Shown here: in pieces, positions 53,601 through 64,000 of the stretch
How positions within the stretch are numbered: the stretch's first letter is position 1
Layout of the letters: each line of letters starts with the position of its first letter
From: Geosiphon pyriformis uo1
Taxonomy: Eukaryota; Fungi; Glomeromycota
NCBI GenBank assembly: GCA_016748015.1
Contig: JAAOMT010000151.1
Coordinates: forward strand, 186,001 to 250,000
Direction of reading: 5' to 3'
DNA: 64,000 bases
The notes under the pieces: model-generated
Seen by the model: only the letters and a program-made list of their open reading frames with translations
Databases searched by the model: none
What the model was told of the DNA's origin: nothing
Translations under genes and position numbers: made by a program

Positions 53601-56600
53601 TAACTCCAATTTCTAAATTATTTAATAAAATTATGGGGTAATTATTGGGGTTGTAAAAAGTAACTCAGATTTTTTTTGTTCCTTCTGGAATATAAATGTT
53701 TGGGATTGAAATATTATGTTCCAAGCAGACTTGTTCATTGGACTCAAAAATTTGTTGTGTGGTTGTTGGCTTTGTGCATAGTGTAGATTTCTGGATGTTC
53801 TCCAAAGGGTAAGATGGTAATCGGTTGTGGAAGTCTGAAAATCTGGTGGGATTTGTTCTGTGTGTTAAGAGCTATATTAACTGGAACTGTGAATCATTCA
53901 GTTGAACCAAAACCTTGGGTTCCTCTATTGCTCTTTCTTAATTGCTCTCTTTGACTGACTAGTTGCAAACCCGAAATGTTAATTAAGGGTAGGTAGATAG
54001 CTTGGGCAATTTTTTCAGCATGTTCAATCTTGAATGGTTTGTCAGTTTTATTTTGAAGCATTACTGTTATGTCTCCAGTATATCCAGCATTGATAATTCC
54101 TCCTCTGACATTGATTCCTTTGCTTGCCAGAGAGGACTGGGAGGCAATTTAAACCATTGCTCCTGGCAGGATTTTGAGTGCAATTTTGAGGTTGATTTTT
54201 GTGAGAGATTTGGGTTTAAGAACAAGAGTATCCTTGCCTGGATATCTTAGGTCATATCCAGCATCAATTTCGTGTGCTTTTTTGGGTTTTATTCCTTGTC
54301 CATTGTTGTTGAAGTATTTAAGTTGTAAGGCAGGCTGATTTTCAATAAGGTAGATGGGTGTTGTTTCAATTTCTTTTATTTCTTCAGGTTCTCCAAATTC
54401 AATTTCATTCTCATCATTTTTGCTGGGCAAAGGTATACTAAGAGCATAGCATTCAAGACACCATTGTTCATCGCAAGGCATAATGCATTCTTTACATAGC
54501 CTAATGTTCATTTGCTCTAATTGTTAAATTTGAGCTTCTTGGATCAGGTAGGTGTAACTTGCAATTTGGTGATAGACTTCTACTTTATTTTCGTAATCGA
54601 ATCCAGCTAATTCCATGGTGTATTCAATGTATTCTGCTTCTTTCATTTGATGAACATCTTCTTTGGTAGCTCTATTAATTAATGCCATTGCTAAGTTGAA
54701 AATCATCTCGGCATCATGAGGGTAGTGATAAAGTTTGTTGAGAGCACTGTTGTATGCTGCATTAAAGAGTGTTCCTCTTTTTACTTTTTCTGAAATTGAT
54801 AAAGCATATTGGCAGGTCTGATCGCAGATGCCTTCTCTCATTGCTACATCAATCCAATTGCATTCTTCTGGTAGCATATCTTCACAAGTCAAACAAGGGG
54901 TGTTGTCCCATTTTCTGCTCCTTTTTATTAGATGGCCCCATCGCTCTCTGTGGCAAGCCTTGCAGTAATAACAAATATGATTCTCATATTCTTTTTCAGG
55001 TAAAATGCAGGCTCCCATTGACGATAGTTTCTTGTGGCAGTCCTTACATTTAAGGGGAATATAGGGGCATTGTTTCCTTGGTTTGGGTTTTGAGTAAGGT
55101 ATATTCCATCCAGAGGTTTCAGGTTTAGTGTGTGGGGTAAAATGTTCTTGTTCTGTTTCATCAGCCCAGTTGGATATTGATCCAAGAGCCATGAATGTTT
55201 TGAGTATTGGTTTTTTTTCTTCTGGTTTAAATTCAAAAGCTGGGGCTTTTTCAGAGCGTTTGTTGAATGTATCACAAATGGCAGGTACTCAGATGTGTTG
55301 TCCTTGGTAGGAGATTGTTAACTCTTGTGTTTCCCAATTCAGATTAGCATTGGCTTTTTGAAGCCAATCATTCCCGACGAGAGCTTGGTACTGGGGTGCG
55401 TCCATTACAAGAACTTTGACTGGAATGGTGATTCCATCAAGAGTTAATGGAAAATTGTCAATTTCTCCTACTGGGGTCTTTTTTATGCCATCAGCAGTAA
55501 TGATTACTGTTTGAGCTGGTCAGTTGACATTTTTTTTCAACTGTTGCATTAACTGGTAGGTAATAATGCTTCCAGCGGATCCACTGTTTAGGATCAAGTG
55601 AATTGGCTTTCCTTTTATTTCAGCTTCTGTGTACATTGCAGTGATGGCTTTTTGCTCATTAGCCGCTGCATTGCTAAGCAAGAATGGTGATTCATTTGCT
55701 TCAAATTCAAAAGGAAAGATATCAGAAAGATTGGCATTTTCAGCAATTCGGGCTGGTGGAATAGTAGTGTGGTTATGAGAAGAGTTTCGTTGTTGTTGTG
55801 CTGCAGCTCTACCTTCCGAGAGTGCAGTATGGTGAAAATCCTGTTCTTTCGGTATTGTTAAATAACTGGGTTGAGTGTGGTAATGGTTGGGTCTTGGTTG
55901 AGTGGTATTTCGGAGAACCAATTGGTTGTTCGAACTGATTCTATTGTTGTTTACTTGGTATCAGTTTTGTGGTGTGAATTGATTTTGTGTAATTAGTCTT
56001 CGAGCAGGTACTTGATAGTGTTGTGTGGGTGGTTGTTGGTATTGCTGTTGGATTGGTTGTGGGGCGGGCTGATAATAGTTATTTTGGTATTGGGGTCTTG
56101 GTGGATAGTAAGCTGGTGGTGATGGTTGATAATAAGATTGCTGGGGTGGAGAGTAACGTTGATTACCCCTATTTTGTTGGTCTCATTGCAGCTTTCTGCA
56201 ATCTCTTTTCCAGTGGCCAGAGATTCCACAATAATGGCAATTCTGGGGCTGGTTATTGAAAAGTGGTGCAAAGTTATTTTGATTTCGTCTTTGGGATGGT
56301 TGATATCTTTGAAGTTGTTGTTGTTGTTGGTTGGTAAAATAGTTTTCGACCTTCTTTGTGAGTTGGTCAATTTTTTCTTCAGCTGCTGAGCTGGTTTCTC
56401 CAATTGCCAAATTTACAAGTTTTGTATGATTGGCTTCTTTCATGGCCATTTCGTATCTTTTCATATGCTGTATGGCAGAGTTTAAATCTTCTGGCGCGTG
56501 TGGGTGAATCTTTTTAATTAGTTTATCTTTTAGACCAGCGATAAATTGATCCAAGATTTGAGCATTGGAATAATAATCGTTTGTCTTGAGTTGGCGAATC

Positions 56601-57690
56601 CGTCTGAGAAGTTTGTTGAATTTCCCAATATAAGTCATAATGGATTCGGAGGGTTCTTGTTTGATATTTCGAAAACAATTGTGAAGAGTAATGGAGATAT
56701 TATTGTCGGTGAACTGTTCAAGGAAGGCTGCTTTGAAAGCATTCCAATCATTGAATGAGGTGGTAAGATTTTCAAACCATTCTCCTGCTGTTCCTTTGAA
56801 AAAGTAGGGAATTGTTCTTAACATTCTGGCAGCGTTCCATCCATTTGCATCTCCAGCTTTAGTAACTTGGTTGAGCCATTCTTGGGAACTGGTCTCAATA
56901 TCTTCTCCATTGAATTCAGAGATTTTTGCAATGTATGTTGTCATTTCGTCTTTTTTGTTTTCACTGTTTATTGATTCTTCTTCAGTTATTTCAGAGTTGT
57001 TTTCTTCATTTGCTGCTGTCTCAGAGTGTTCACTTTGATTTTCAGCTAGAAAATCAAGGAGATTGGAACTAGTTTGAAGGGGTTCTTGTTGTCTGGTGGA
57101 ACTTCTAAGTGATGTAAAATCTTCTGGTCTTGCAAATCAATTCAAGGGTGAATTAGGTATTTGTGCTTATGCAAGTAAAGCTGGAAAAGGTGTGATAGTA
57201 AGTGGAAGTTTTGAGCTGGTTCCTTGTTCAGGTGTTTGTAAATGTTTGAATGATATTTTGGGAGTATTGGGTGTTGTGTGAACAGGTCAGTTATCTTTTT
57301 GTCTTTTGTTGCTACTGGTTTCAGGTTCAGATTCGAGTTCAAAGGCAAATTGTGTGTTTGGAGGATATTTTTCTTCGCAAAATCGAATAATATTATAATC
57401 GAGTTCCTCAAAATAAGTAGCACAAGCTTTAGCACTAATGTTTTCTGATTCAGTGTTGGAATAGTGTAGTATGTTCTCAAGAAGATCTCTTTTAACTGTT
57501 GTAATGTTATAGTTCCCAAAGAGGTAGTCATTGATTCGATTTTCGATGTATTGAAAAAGTGTTTTCTTGAAAGCTATGATTCCATCGCGTATTTCAAATT
57601 GTTGTTTGCAGTGTGTGTAAATTAATTAATAGTACTCTAAAGTTGTGATGTCTGAGGCGGTCACCACTTTGAATTTGTTGCTGTGTTATT
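50670..57690 (-). pseudogene. gag-pol of element B
   Basis: Retrotransposon gag (IAKISEFNG..WFENL..FKAAFLEQF), CHYCGISGHWKRDC, LILNSGS (protease), Cys-rich region, dUTPase, LDLESGYWQ/YLDD (RT), ATDAS (RH), YHPQTNGLVERFN and WNGPF (integrase). Confidence 0.92.
53897..54330 (-). pseudogene. dut: Trimeric dUTPase domain inside pol of element B
   Basis: All five motifs: AGYDL, IASRSSLA, GGIINAGYTGDI, EKIAQAI, RGTQGFGST. One CAA>TAA stop at 54149. Confidence 0.92.
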
Positions 57691-57709
57691 TCCGTGGGAG
57701 AGCACCAAA

Positions 57710-58689
57710 TGTTACCGGAGGTTTTTGGTCTCTTTTCTGTAATGTTGTTGATATTTATTTGCTGTGAATTCACGTTTTCTGGATGTGGTTAAACCTCCAA
57801 TAACTGAATTTATCTTCAAATTATCTCCTATAATTTGAACTTTCTGGGCTTATGAATGAAATGGCCAATTCCATGCCAGTTGCTTTATGTAGTTATGTTG
57901 TAGTAAACGTCAACTCTTTCCCAGGAATTGCTCGTCTGGAAGCTCACTAAAAATGGGTAGTTACTTTGCTGTGAAAGTCAACTTTTCTACAGGAATCTCG
58001 TCTGTAGGCTACCTTAATGATTGTAATAAGAAAAGAAAAGAAAAATAAAAGAAGTGTAAAAGAAATAAGATTTTATCAAGGGAAACGTTTTCTATCCAGG
58101 CCTGGAGTTACTAACAGTTTACTGAAATTGGTAGCTAATCAATTTCGAAATGTTAGTTGGGTTTTGGGGATTTTCCAAGTGCAATAATTAAAAAACTTGG
58201 TTTTTCAAATTATTTGATATTTATTTCTTTTTGTGTGTATAGAAATGGTTCTAAGTGATAAATCTAAAGTAAGATACATTTTCTCGAAAAGAGAAGCTTT
58301 TCTTTTATACAACTTGTTGTAACACTATTCTATAAACTTGAACTTTGCTATTTTCTACAATTTCGCTGAACTAAAGATACATTTCGGCAGACTACAAATT
58401 ATTTTGGCGAACTATTAGATATTTCGGTGAATTATCAATTATTTCGGCAAATTTCTACAAATTTTGGCAAACTTCTGAATATTACATAGTTTGGGGTATT
58501 GCATGATTGATCGTCGCAATTAGGTTACATTTGTGTTGTGTACAATTTGGGTTATTAATTAAATGATAATTTCGGACATTTTTGCTAATGTAATAAGTGA
58601 TCATTTAAAACAATAATATATGCTAATTAATGATAGGAATTATAAAATAATTTTATGCTAAATAATATCTCTAATTTCGTCTGGTAACA
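57710..58689 (-). repeat. 5' LTR of element B
   Basis: Direct repeat of 48836-49815; adjacent to the PBS. Confidence 0.95.
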
Positions 58690-59149
58690 ACGTGTAATTG
58701 TATCATTTGAAAATTATTAAATAAAATGTAACTGAAAAATATATCTGATATCTAATATTGAATTCTAAGAGTGCTGATGTGAGGCATAAAATTATACCAG
58801 TATGTGATTATTTGTTAACAGTACAGACTATTTTTTTACCTTCAAATTTTCTGGTTATCTTTTAAAAAGTATAGTGACTGAAATATTTTATGAAACTGAT
58901 CTTACATATTGAATCCATACTTATTTAATTCATTCTTTGAAGTTGAATTCTCTTTGATTCCTTTTATTACCCTACAATTCTGTTCTCTCTTGTTATCTGT
59001 TAGTTTGTTATTTCAACTCATAACAATATATTATTATTTATTTTAAGTTTTTTGTTATAATTATAATTGTTTTTATTTGTTAATTAGTTTTAATATTAAA
59101 TAATAATAATAATAATATAATTTTTTTTTATTAATTAAAAAAATGTTTT

Positions 59150-62040
59150 TGTTTTTTTTTTATTAGTTTTATGAGTAAAATTCAAATATTATCTAGTACA
59201 ATACATTAAACTAAGTAATTTAAATTAAACATAAATTATATATTTACTATATATAATCAGTTACTTAAGCCAATTAAGATAATATTAAGCTTTTATATAA
59301 ATACTAACACTATTATTAATACTAAAAATAAATAAACACAAAATATATGTGCCAAAACTCATATTTAAAGTCTTAGCAATACTAAATAATTTGATTATAT
59401 TTCTTGACAATGTATTTAAAAAACCATTAATAAAAAAAAACACTAAATTATTTAATAAAATCAAATCTTTTTTTTCTATAACTACATAATATTTAGAGTA
59501 TATAAACCAAATTTCATTCTTATAAGCCAAAATCAAATTAAAACAAATATTAATGTAAACTATTAACTTTTTGTTTCCTTAATTTTATGACCACAATCAG
59601 AGCAAAGAGTAAAAAAGCTGCACCTAATATCTGTTCTGAGATATCTAATAAAATTTCAACTAGAGGAGCTTTCTCTGTTGTAAAAACAACTAAGCAGAAC
59701 ATTTTAGAAGCCTTTTTTTTACCCAGTAATCGTGATAAGCTGCTTTTGGTAGCCACTGAAATAACTTCTTCATCTTTGGCTGGTTTCTCACTAGTCAAAG
59801 TTCTCTCAAAGAGACACACTTGGATTAGTTTCAGTGTTGTCTTCATCTCAACTAAGAGCCCAAAAGTTTTTAATAATAGACTAGTTAACAAGCTGGTTTT
59901 TCTCTTCATAGCTTCTACATCTGGTGCTGCTAGCACCTTCTCTTCAAAAAAAAATGGTCAAAAAGACCAAAAGTTCAGAAAAGTGGGAGCAATTACTTGC
60001 CTCTACTATTATTACACTGAACTTCTTTGTGGTTCTCAATAAGATCTTAGATGAAATCTTCATAGCATTATTTAGCACATCATCCAAGATAGGCCTAAAT
60101 CAACCACTGGCTGTGTTGCTAAATGTGTGTCTTTTAGTAAATCTTTGCCAGTTTTAGAAGCAAAACAATTTTCTCCTGTTGGGTCACCTATTCTTGGGAA
60201 TTGGGCTGATTAAATAGAAACTGAATTATCTCTTTTTCTAGTTTTTAGTGCTACTTCTGGTGGTGCTTTAGAAACTATTACTAATCGTCAAAGGTTTGTT
60301 GGGTGGGTGGCCTCTATTCTGGTGCCTAGTGCTACTTTTAAGATCAAATTGGCTCATATTAAGGCTATTTTTCAGTCAGTACATGGTTTTTTAAATGCAA
60401 AGTCAGTATCAAAAAACAATGTGAAGCTGTTTTGTGTGGAGTTTGCTTCTCAAGTGTCTTTGGAAGCTGCATTCTTGATTGAGCTTACAAGTTCTGTACA
60501 TTTGGCCACCCTCAAAATTGCCAAGTCTTTGGTAATTTCTAAGTCTGGTTTCTTTTCTGCTGCTGTTGCACTGTGTAATGTGCTCTTGGATGTGTCTGCT
60601 GCTGATATTAAAACAGCTCTCAGTGTATTTGGTAGTGTTACTCATATTGTGCTGAAGCCTGCTGGCATTTGGCAGTATGTAGTGGTTTATTTTGAAAAGT
60701 TGAACTCTGCTGTGTCTGCTTTGAATCATTGGTCAGTTTTGGTGGACAAGGATAGTATTAGAATCCTCCCTCTGGTAAATCAAAATAAAACTATTTTGTC
60801 TTGTAATAAGTTTAAGGCCAAGTTGGTCAATCTTTCTTCTGGATGCACAGCTTTTGAAATCAGTAATATGATTTCTTAAGTTGGTGGTCGGACATGTTTT
60901 ATCTCTTATTTTCTTGAGTCTGGTCATTGTTTTTGGTTTGCTCTAATCACATTTGGTTCCCAAGCTGATTTGAACTCTGCTATTGTCAAAACTGGTATAT
61001 TAAAAAAATTCCATATTTGGTGGAAAACTCCTGGTTGTCGGCATTGTTTCAAGTATTAAGAACTGGGCCATCTAACTATAGACTGTAAGGTTTTTCTACC
61101 TTCCCTTCCCAAGTTTCCCAAGATGTTCACATCATGCTTTATTGGTCCTAAGTCTTATGCCAAAGCTTTTGCTTCCTTGGCTTTCTTTGGATTTCTATCT
61201 TTGTCATTTCTTGTTTCTTTTCTAGTTGTTGTTGGTAATTCTTTGGTGCTATCCCGACTGTCTTTTTTGGAATCTGATTTGACTAAGCTTTCTGCTTTGG
61301 TTGAGTTTATTGTTAAGCCTATTGGCTTTCTGGTTACAATTTTTGAACAGTTTATTAATGGTGATTTGGTTTTAAGTAGTGCTCTTGGTCTTAGGATTAA
61401 TGAGGTTTTGGTGTATATGGGTTTTTTTAGTAGGACTGTTGGTAAGTTGGTGAGAGAAGTAGTTTCTTTGAAAAAAAAATGCTGTATGAAAGACATTAAT
61501 ATGTCTGGTAATTCAGAGCTTCCACCTGTTATGGGTGATGAAGTGTTTTTCAACTTAATGTTTCTTTAGGAGCATAAGTCTGTTGATGTTAAAACTAATC
61601 CCCTTAAAACTGCCGAGTGGCTAGTTGGTTTGGTTTTTTGCAGTACAACTTTGTTTTCTGTTATTCAAAAGATGTTGTCTTTGGGTAAGTTTTCTTCTAT
61701 AGTATTAGCATAGTGTATTTTTGACTGGTCCAAATGGCTGGTCATGTGTAGAAAATGCATGATTAACACCTAGTTTAGATTGATTCTTTGATATATTGTT
61801 CTAAATAGCTTTTGGGCCTCACTTGTTAAACTTTAATAATAAAAAAATCAAATTATGTACAAAATTTGTAATCTTATTAACAATAATCTTAAGATCTTTA
61901 AAAACAAAAAAAATTTCAGAAACCAAGTTTTAAAAACAAAACTCTTGTATAAAACAATATAAATTACAAAATTTTATAAATATGATAATATTACTTATAT
62001 AATAATAGAAAATAATAAGTTAAATAAATAGACAATTAAA
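59150..62040 (-). mobile_element. Old AT-eroded LINE 3' fragment interrupted by the ORF1-only element
   Basis: ORF 59285-59536 (LAYKNEIWF...SVSIYIKA) aligns to the ORF2 C-terminus at 4841-5090 (LAFRNDVWL...PVSVHIGV). Decayed 3' tail at 59150-59285; 61856-62040 continues colinearly with 5095-5270. Confidence 0.8.
59541..61843 (+). mobile_element. Non-autonomous ORF1-only retroelement (HAL1-like 'half-LINE')
   Basis: Perfect 12 bp TSD aaaatcaaatta (59529-59540 and 61844-61855); one ~708-codon disrupted ORF (59587-61713) homologous to LINE ORF1; LINE-type 3' UTR and (AAT)/A tail; no ORF2. Confidence 0.88.
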
Positions 62041-62725
62041 AGTAGACATAGTAAAAAAAAACTCTTAGTAAAAATTGCAGAATTTTAGAATTTTAGAAAT
62101 TTTTATAGGAAGAATTCAAAGATTTTAAGAAATATTATATAACAATAAAATTAGAAAAAAAAACAGACTAGAATTAGAGACAAAAATTTAAAACTTAGTC
62201 TTTTTATTTATTTATTTTAAAAGTTAGTTTGTTATTACTTAAAATAAAATTATTTATTTATTAATTAAATTTTCAATTATTATGTAATTTATATTATTAT
62301 TATTATTACTTGATTAAATTATTAATATTTTTTGTTATATTAACAACTTATGCTAATAATAATTAATACTTAATCATATTAAAACAATAACTCTTAATTA
62401 TAATTATTAACAAAATACTAATTTTTAATTTTTTTTTATTTTGTTTGTTGTATTTATTTATTAAAAAAAGAGATTAAATACTAAGTTTTAATGTTAAAAA
62501 TAGTTTGATAAAAAATTTGTAAAACAAGAGTGAATATTAAAAAAATAGTTTATTAAAAAAACATAATTACCAGATTAAATTAGCCATTACATTAAAGAAA
62601 AAAATACACAGAAAACAATATTAATTGAATTTTTGTTTATTATATAAAAAACTTAATTAAATTTTTCAGATCACAAAAATCTTCAGAATTTATTATTATC
62701 AGTATTTATTAATCAAATTACAGAT

Positions 62726-63900
62726 TAGAGTTCTAATGTTTGATTCAATTTAATTTAAGTTTAATTGAACCACTAAACTAAACTAAATTCAAACAGAAAA
62801 TTTGGCAAAATTTCAAATTCAAACTTGAATCAGACTTAAAATTACTGAACTTGAATTAAATCTGAACACATACAACAAGTTTAATTTGAGTTTAGTTTAA
62901 AGTTTATAAATATGTTTAGATTTAACTATTAAAATATTATATTATATTATATTATTATTTAATTTTTTTTTAATAATTTTTGTATTTATAATTGAAAATA
63001 CTATGCTGTTTTTATAGTTTTAAACATTAAGTAAAATCTCATATCTATAATTATATTTTTATCTGCAAAAAAAGTGCATTCAAAAGCAACAGATAATTCT
63101 TGAATTGCCAAATAATTATGAACTATATATACAAGATGAAAAAATTGTGTTTGATGTATCTAAATATTGAATTATTAATAAAATGTTAATTTAGATAAAT
63201 ATTTTTTGTAATATATTTTCTATTATACTATTATATTTATTTTTTTATTGGCCACTTTTTCAAAAATATAATGATCAATTTTGTCAAGTTTCTTTCTTTA
63301 TTATTGTTAAAGTTTGTCTTTAATATGAATTATATAACTAATACTATAGTATTATTAAAATTGTCATTTAACAAAAAACTGTTATTTAATGTTGGTATAA
63401 TATTCAATATGTATTTTGTTTCAAAAAAAATATGTATTCTAAAGATTTATTTATCATATAAAAGTTAAACAATAAAATTGTTTGAATAAATTAATAACTT
63501 ATAATTTTTTTGTTTTATTAATATTGTTATCTAAAAATTCTTTCTTTGTAAAATAATAGAATTTTTTTTTGGATTCAATGCAGTACAGAATATTATAGTT
63601 GTATTTGTTTTAGAGTAATATTTAACCAACTTTTTTTTGCTGTTTTAGTTATTGTAACAAGTAATAAATCTAATATTAAATATATTAAATAAATAACTAA
63701 ATAAATACAATTAAGATTATAATGGTTTATTAGATTTATTATTATTAATTGTGTTTTTAATGTAATCAAAAATGATATTAAAGAAAAAAATAATTAAGAA
63801 GGCAGTATTTTTTAAACTGGCTGATATTTTGACCATAATATTTTTAAATAATTCAAAAAATTTACCAATTTTATTAAAAACAATCCACTAATTATGTGAA
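62726..63900. mobile_element. Possible decayed hAT-like DNA transposon
   Basis: TAGAG start followed by eroded (GGTTC/GAACC)-type subterminal repeats (ttcaatttaattt, aaactaaactaaa, ctgaacttgaa); minus-strand peptide TALNPKKNSYYF resembles the hAT LDPR.K motif. Weak. Confidence 0.3.
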
Positions 63901-64000
63901 ATAGCATATTAATAGAAGTTAATATAAATGCTAGTAAGAGTATTTAATGCTATAAATTTACAGTTAGAATTTTTGTATTCAAAATAAATAGAATCAGAAA

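Larger units (their letters stand above)
48836..58689 (-). mobile_element. Ty3/gypsy LTR retrotransposon B with dUTPase, nested in the 3' LTR of A
   Basis: 980 bp LTRs at 57710-58689 (5') and 48836-49815 (3'), TGTTA...TAACA; TSD ATGT/ACGT; PBS TGGTGCTCTCCCACGG (57707-57692); PPT gaggaggagg beside 49816. Confidence 0.95.
41439..59025 (+). mobile_element. Ty3/gypsy LTR retrotransposon A, degenerate; 3' LTR split by element B
   Basis: 5' LTR 41439-42147 (TGTTA...TAACA); 3' LTR 48477-48835 plus 58694-59025; 4 bp TSD ATAT; PPT ggagaggataa at 48466-48476; domain order gag-PR-RT-RH-IN. Confidence 0.92.

Overview
Eukaryotic, AT-rich, intron-rich fungal genomic DNA. The expanded kinase family, the TE families and the short GT-AG introns point to a Glomeromycotina (arbuscular mycorrhizal or Geosiphon-like) fungus; this assignment is inference. 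A compact gene island at about 11.4-33.7 kb holds an atypical G-alpha, a syntaxin, YSY6/SERP1, ATG22, mitochondrial TyrRS, a bacterial-type RF2, a BTB protein, SmD1, SAD1/USP39 and a GT49 glycosyltransferase. It is flanked by transposon-rich DNA. The left flank has a kinase pseudogene, decayed repeats and a 5'-truncated RNase H-bearing LINE. The right flank is a nested cluster resolvable by target-site duplications (TSDs): a full-length LINE, a Ty3/gypsy element with a second, dUTPase-encoding Ty3/gypsy element inside its 3' LTR, and a 2.3 kb non-autonomous element. The best candidate for an undescribed system is that 2.3 kb element (59541-61843). It encodes only a diverged LINE ORF1 paralogue, ends in the same ~130 nt structured 3' tail as the autonomous LINEs, has a perfect 12 bp TSD, and has several older copies in this window, i.e. 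a fungal 'half-LINE' family. Other highlights are a spliced SPF-type RF2, a G-alpha with His at the catalytic Gln, a conserved extra ORF in the env position of both LTR elements, and transition hypermutation confined to repeats. All alignments were made by eye, so the edges of decayed repeats are approximate.
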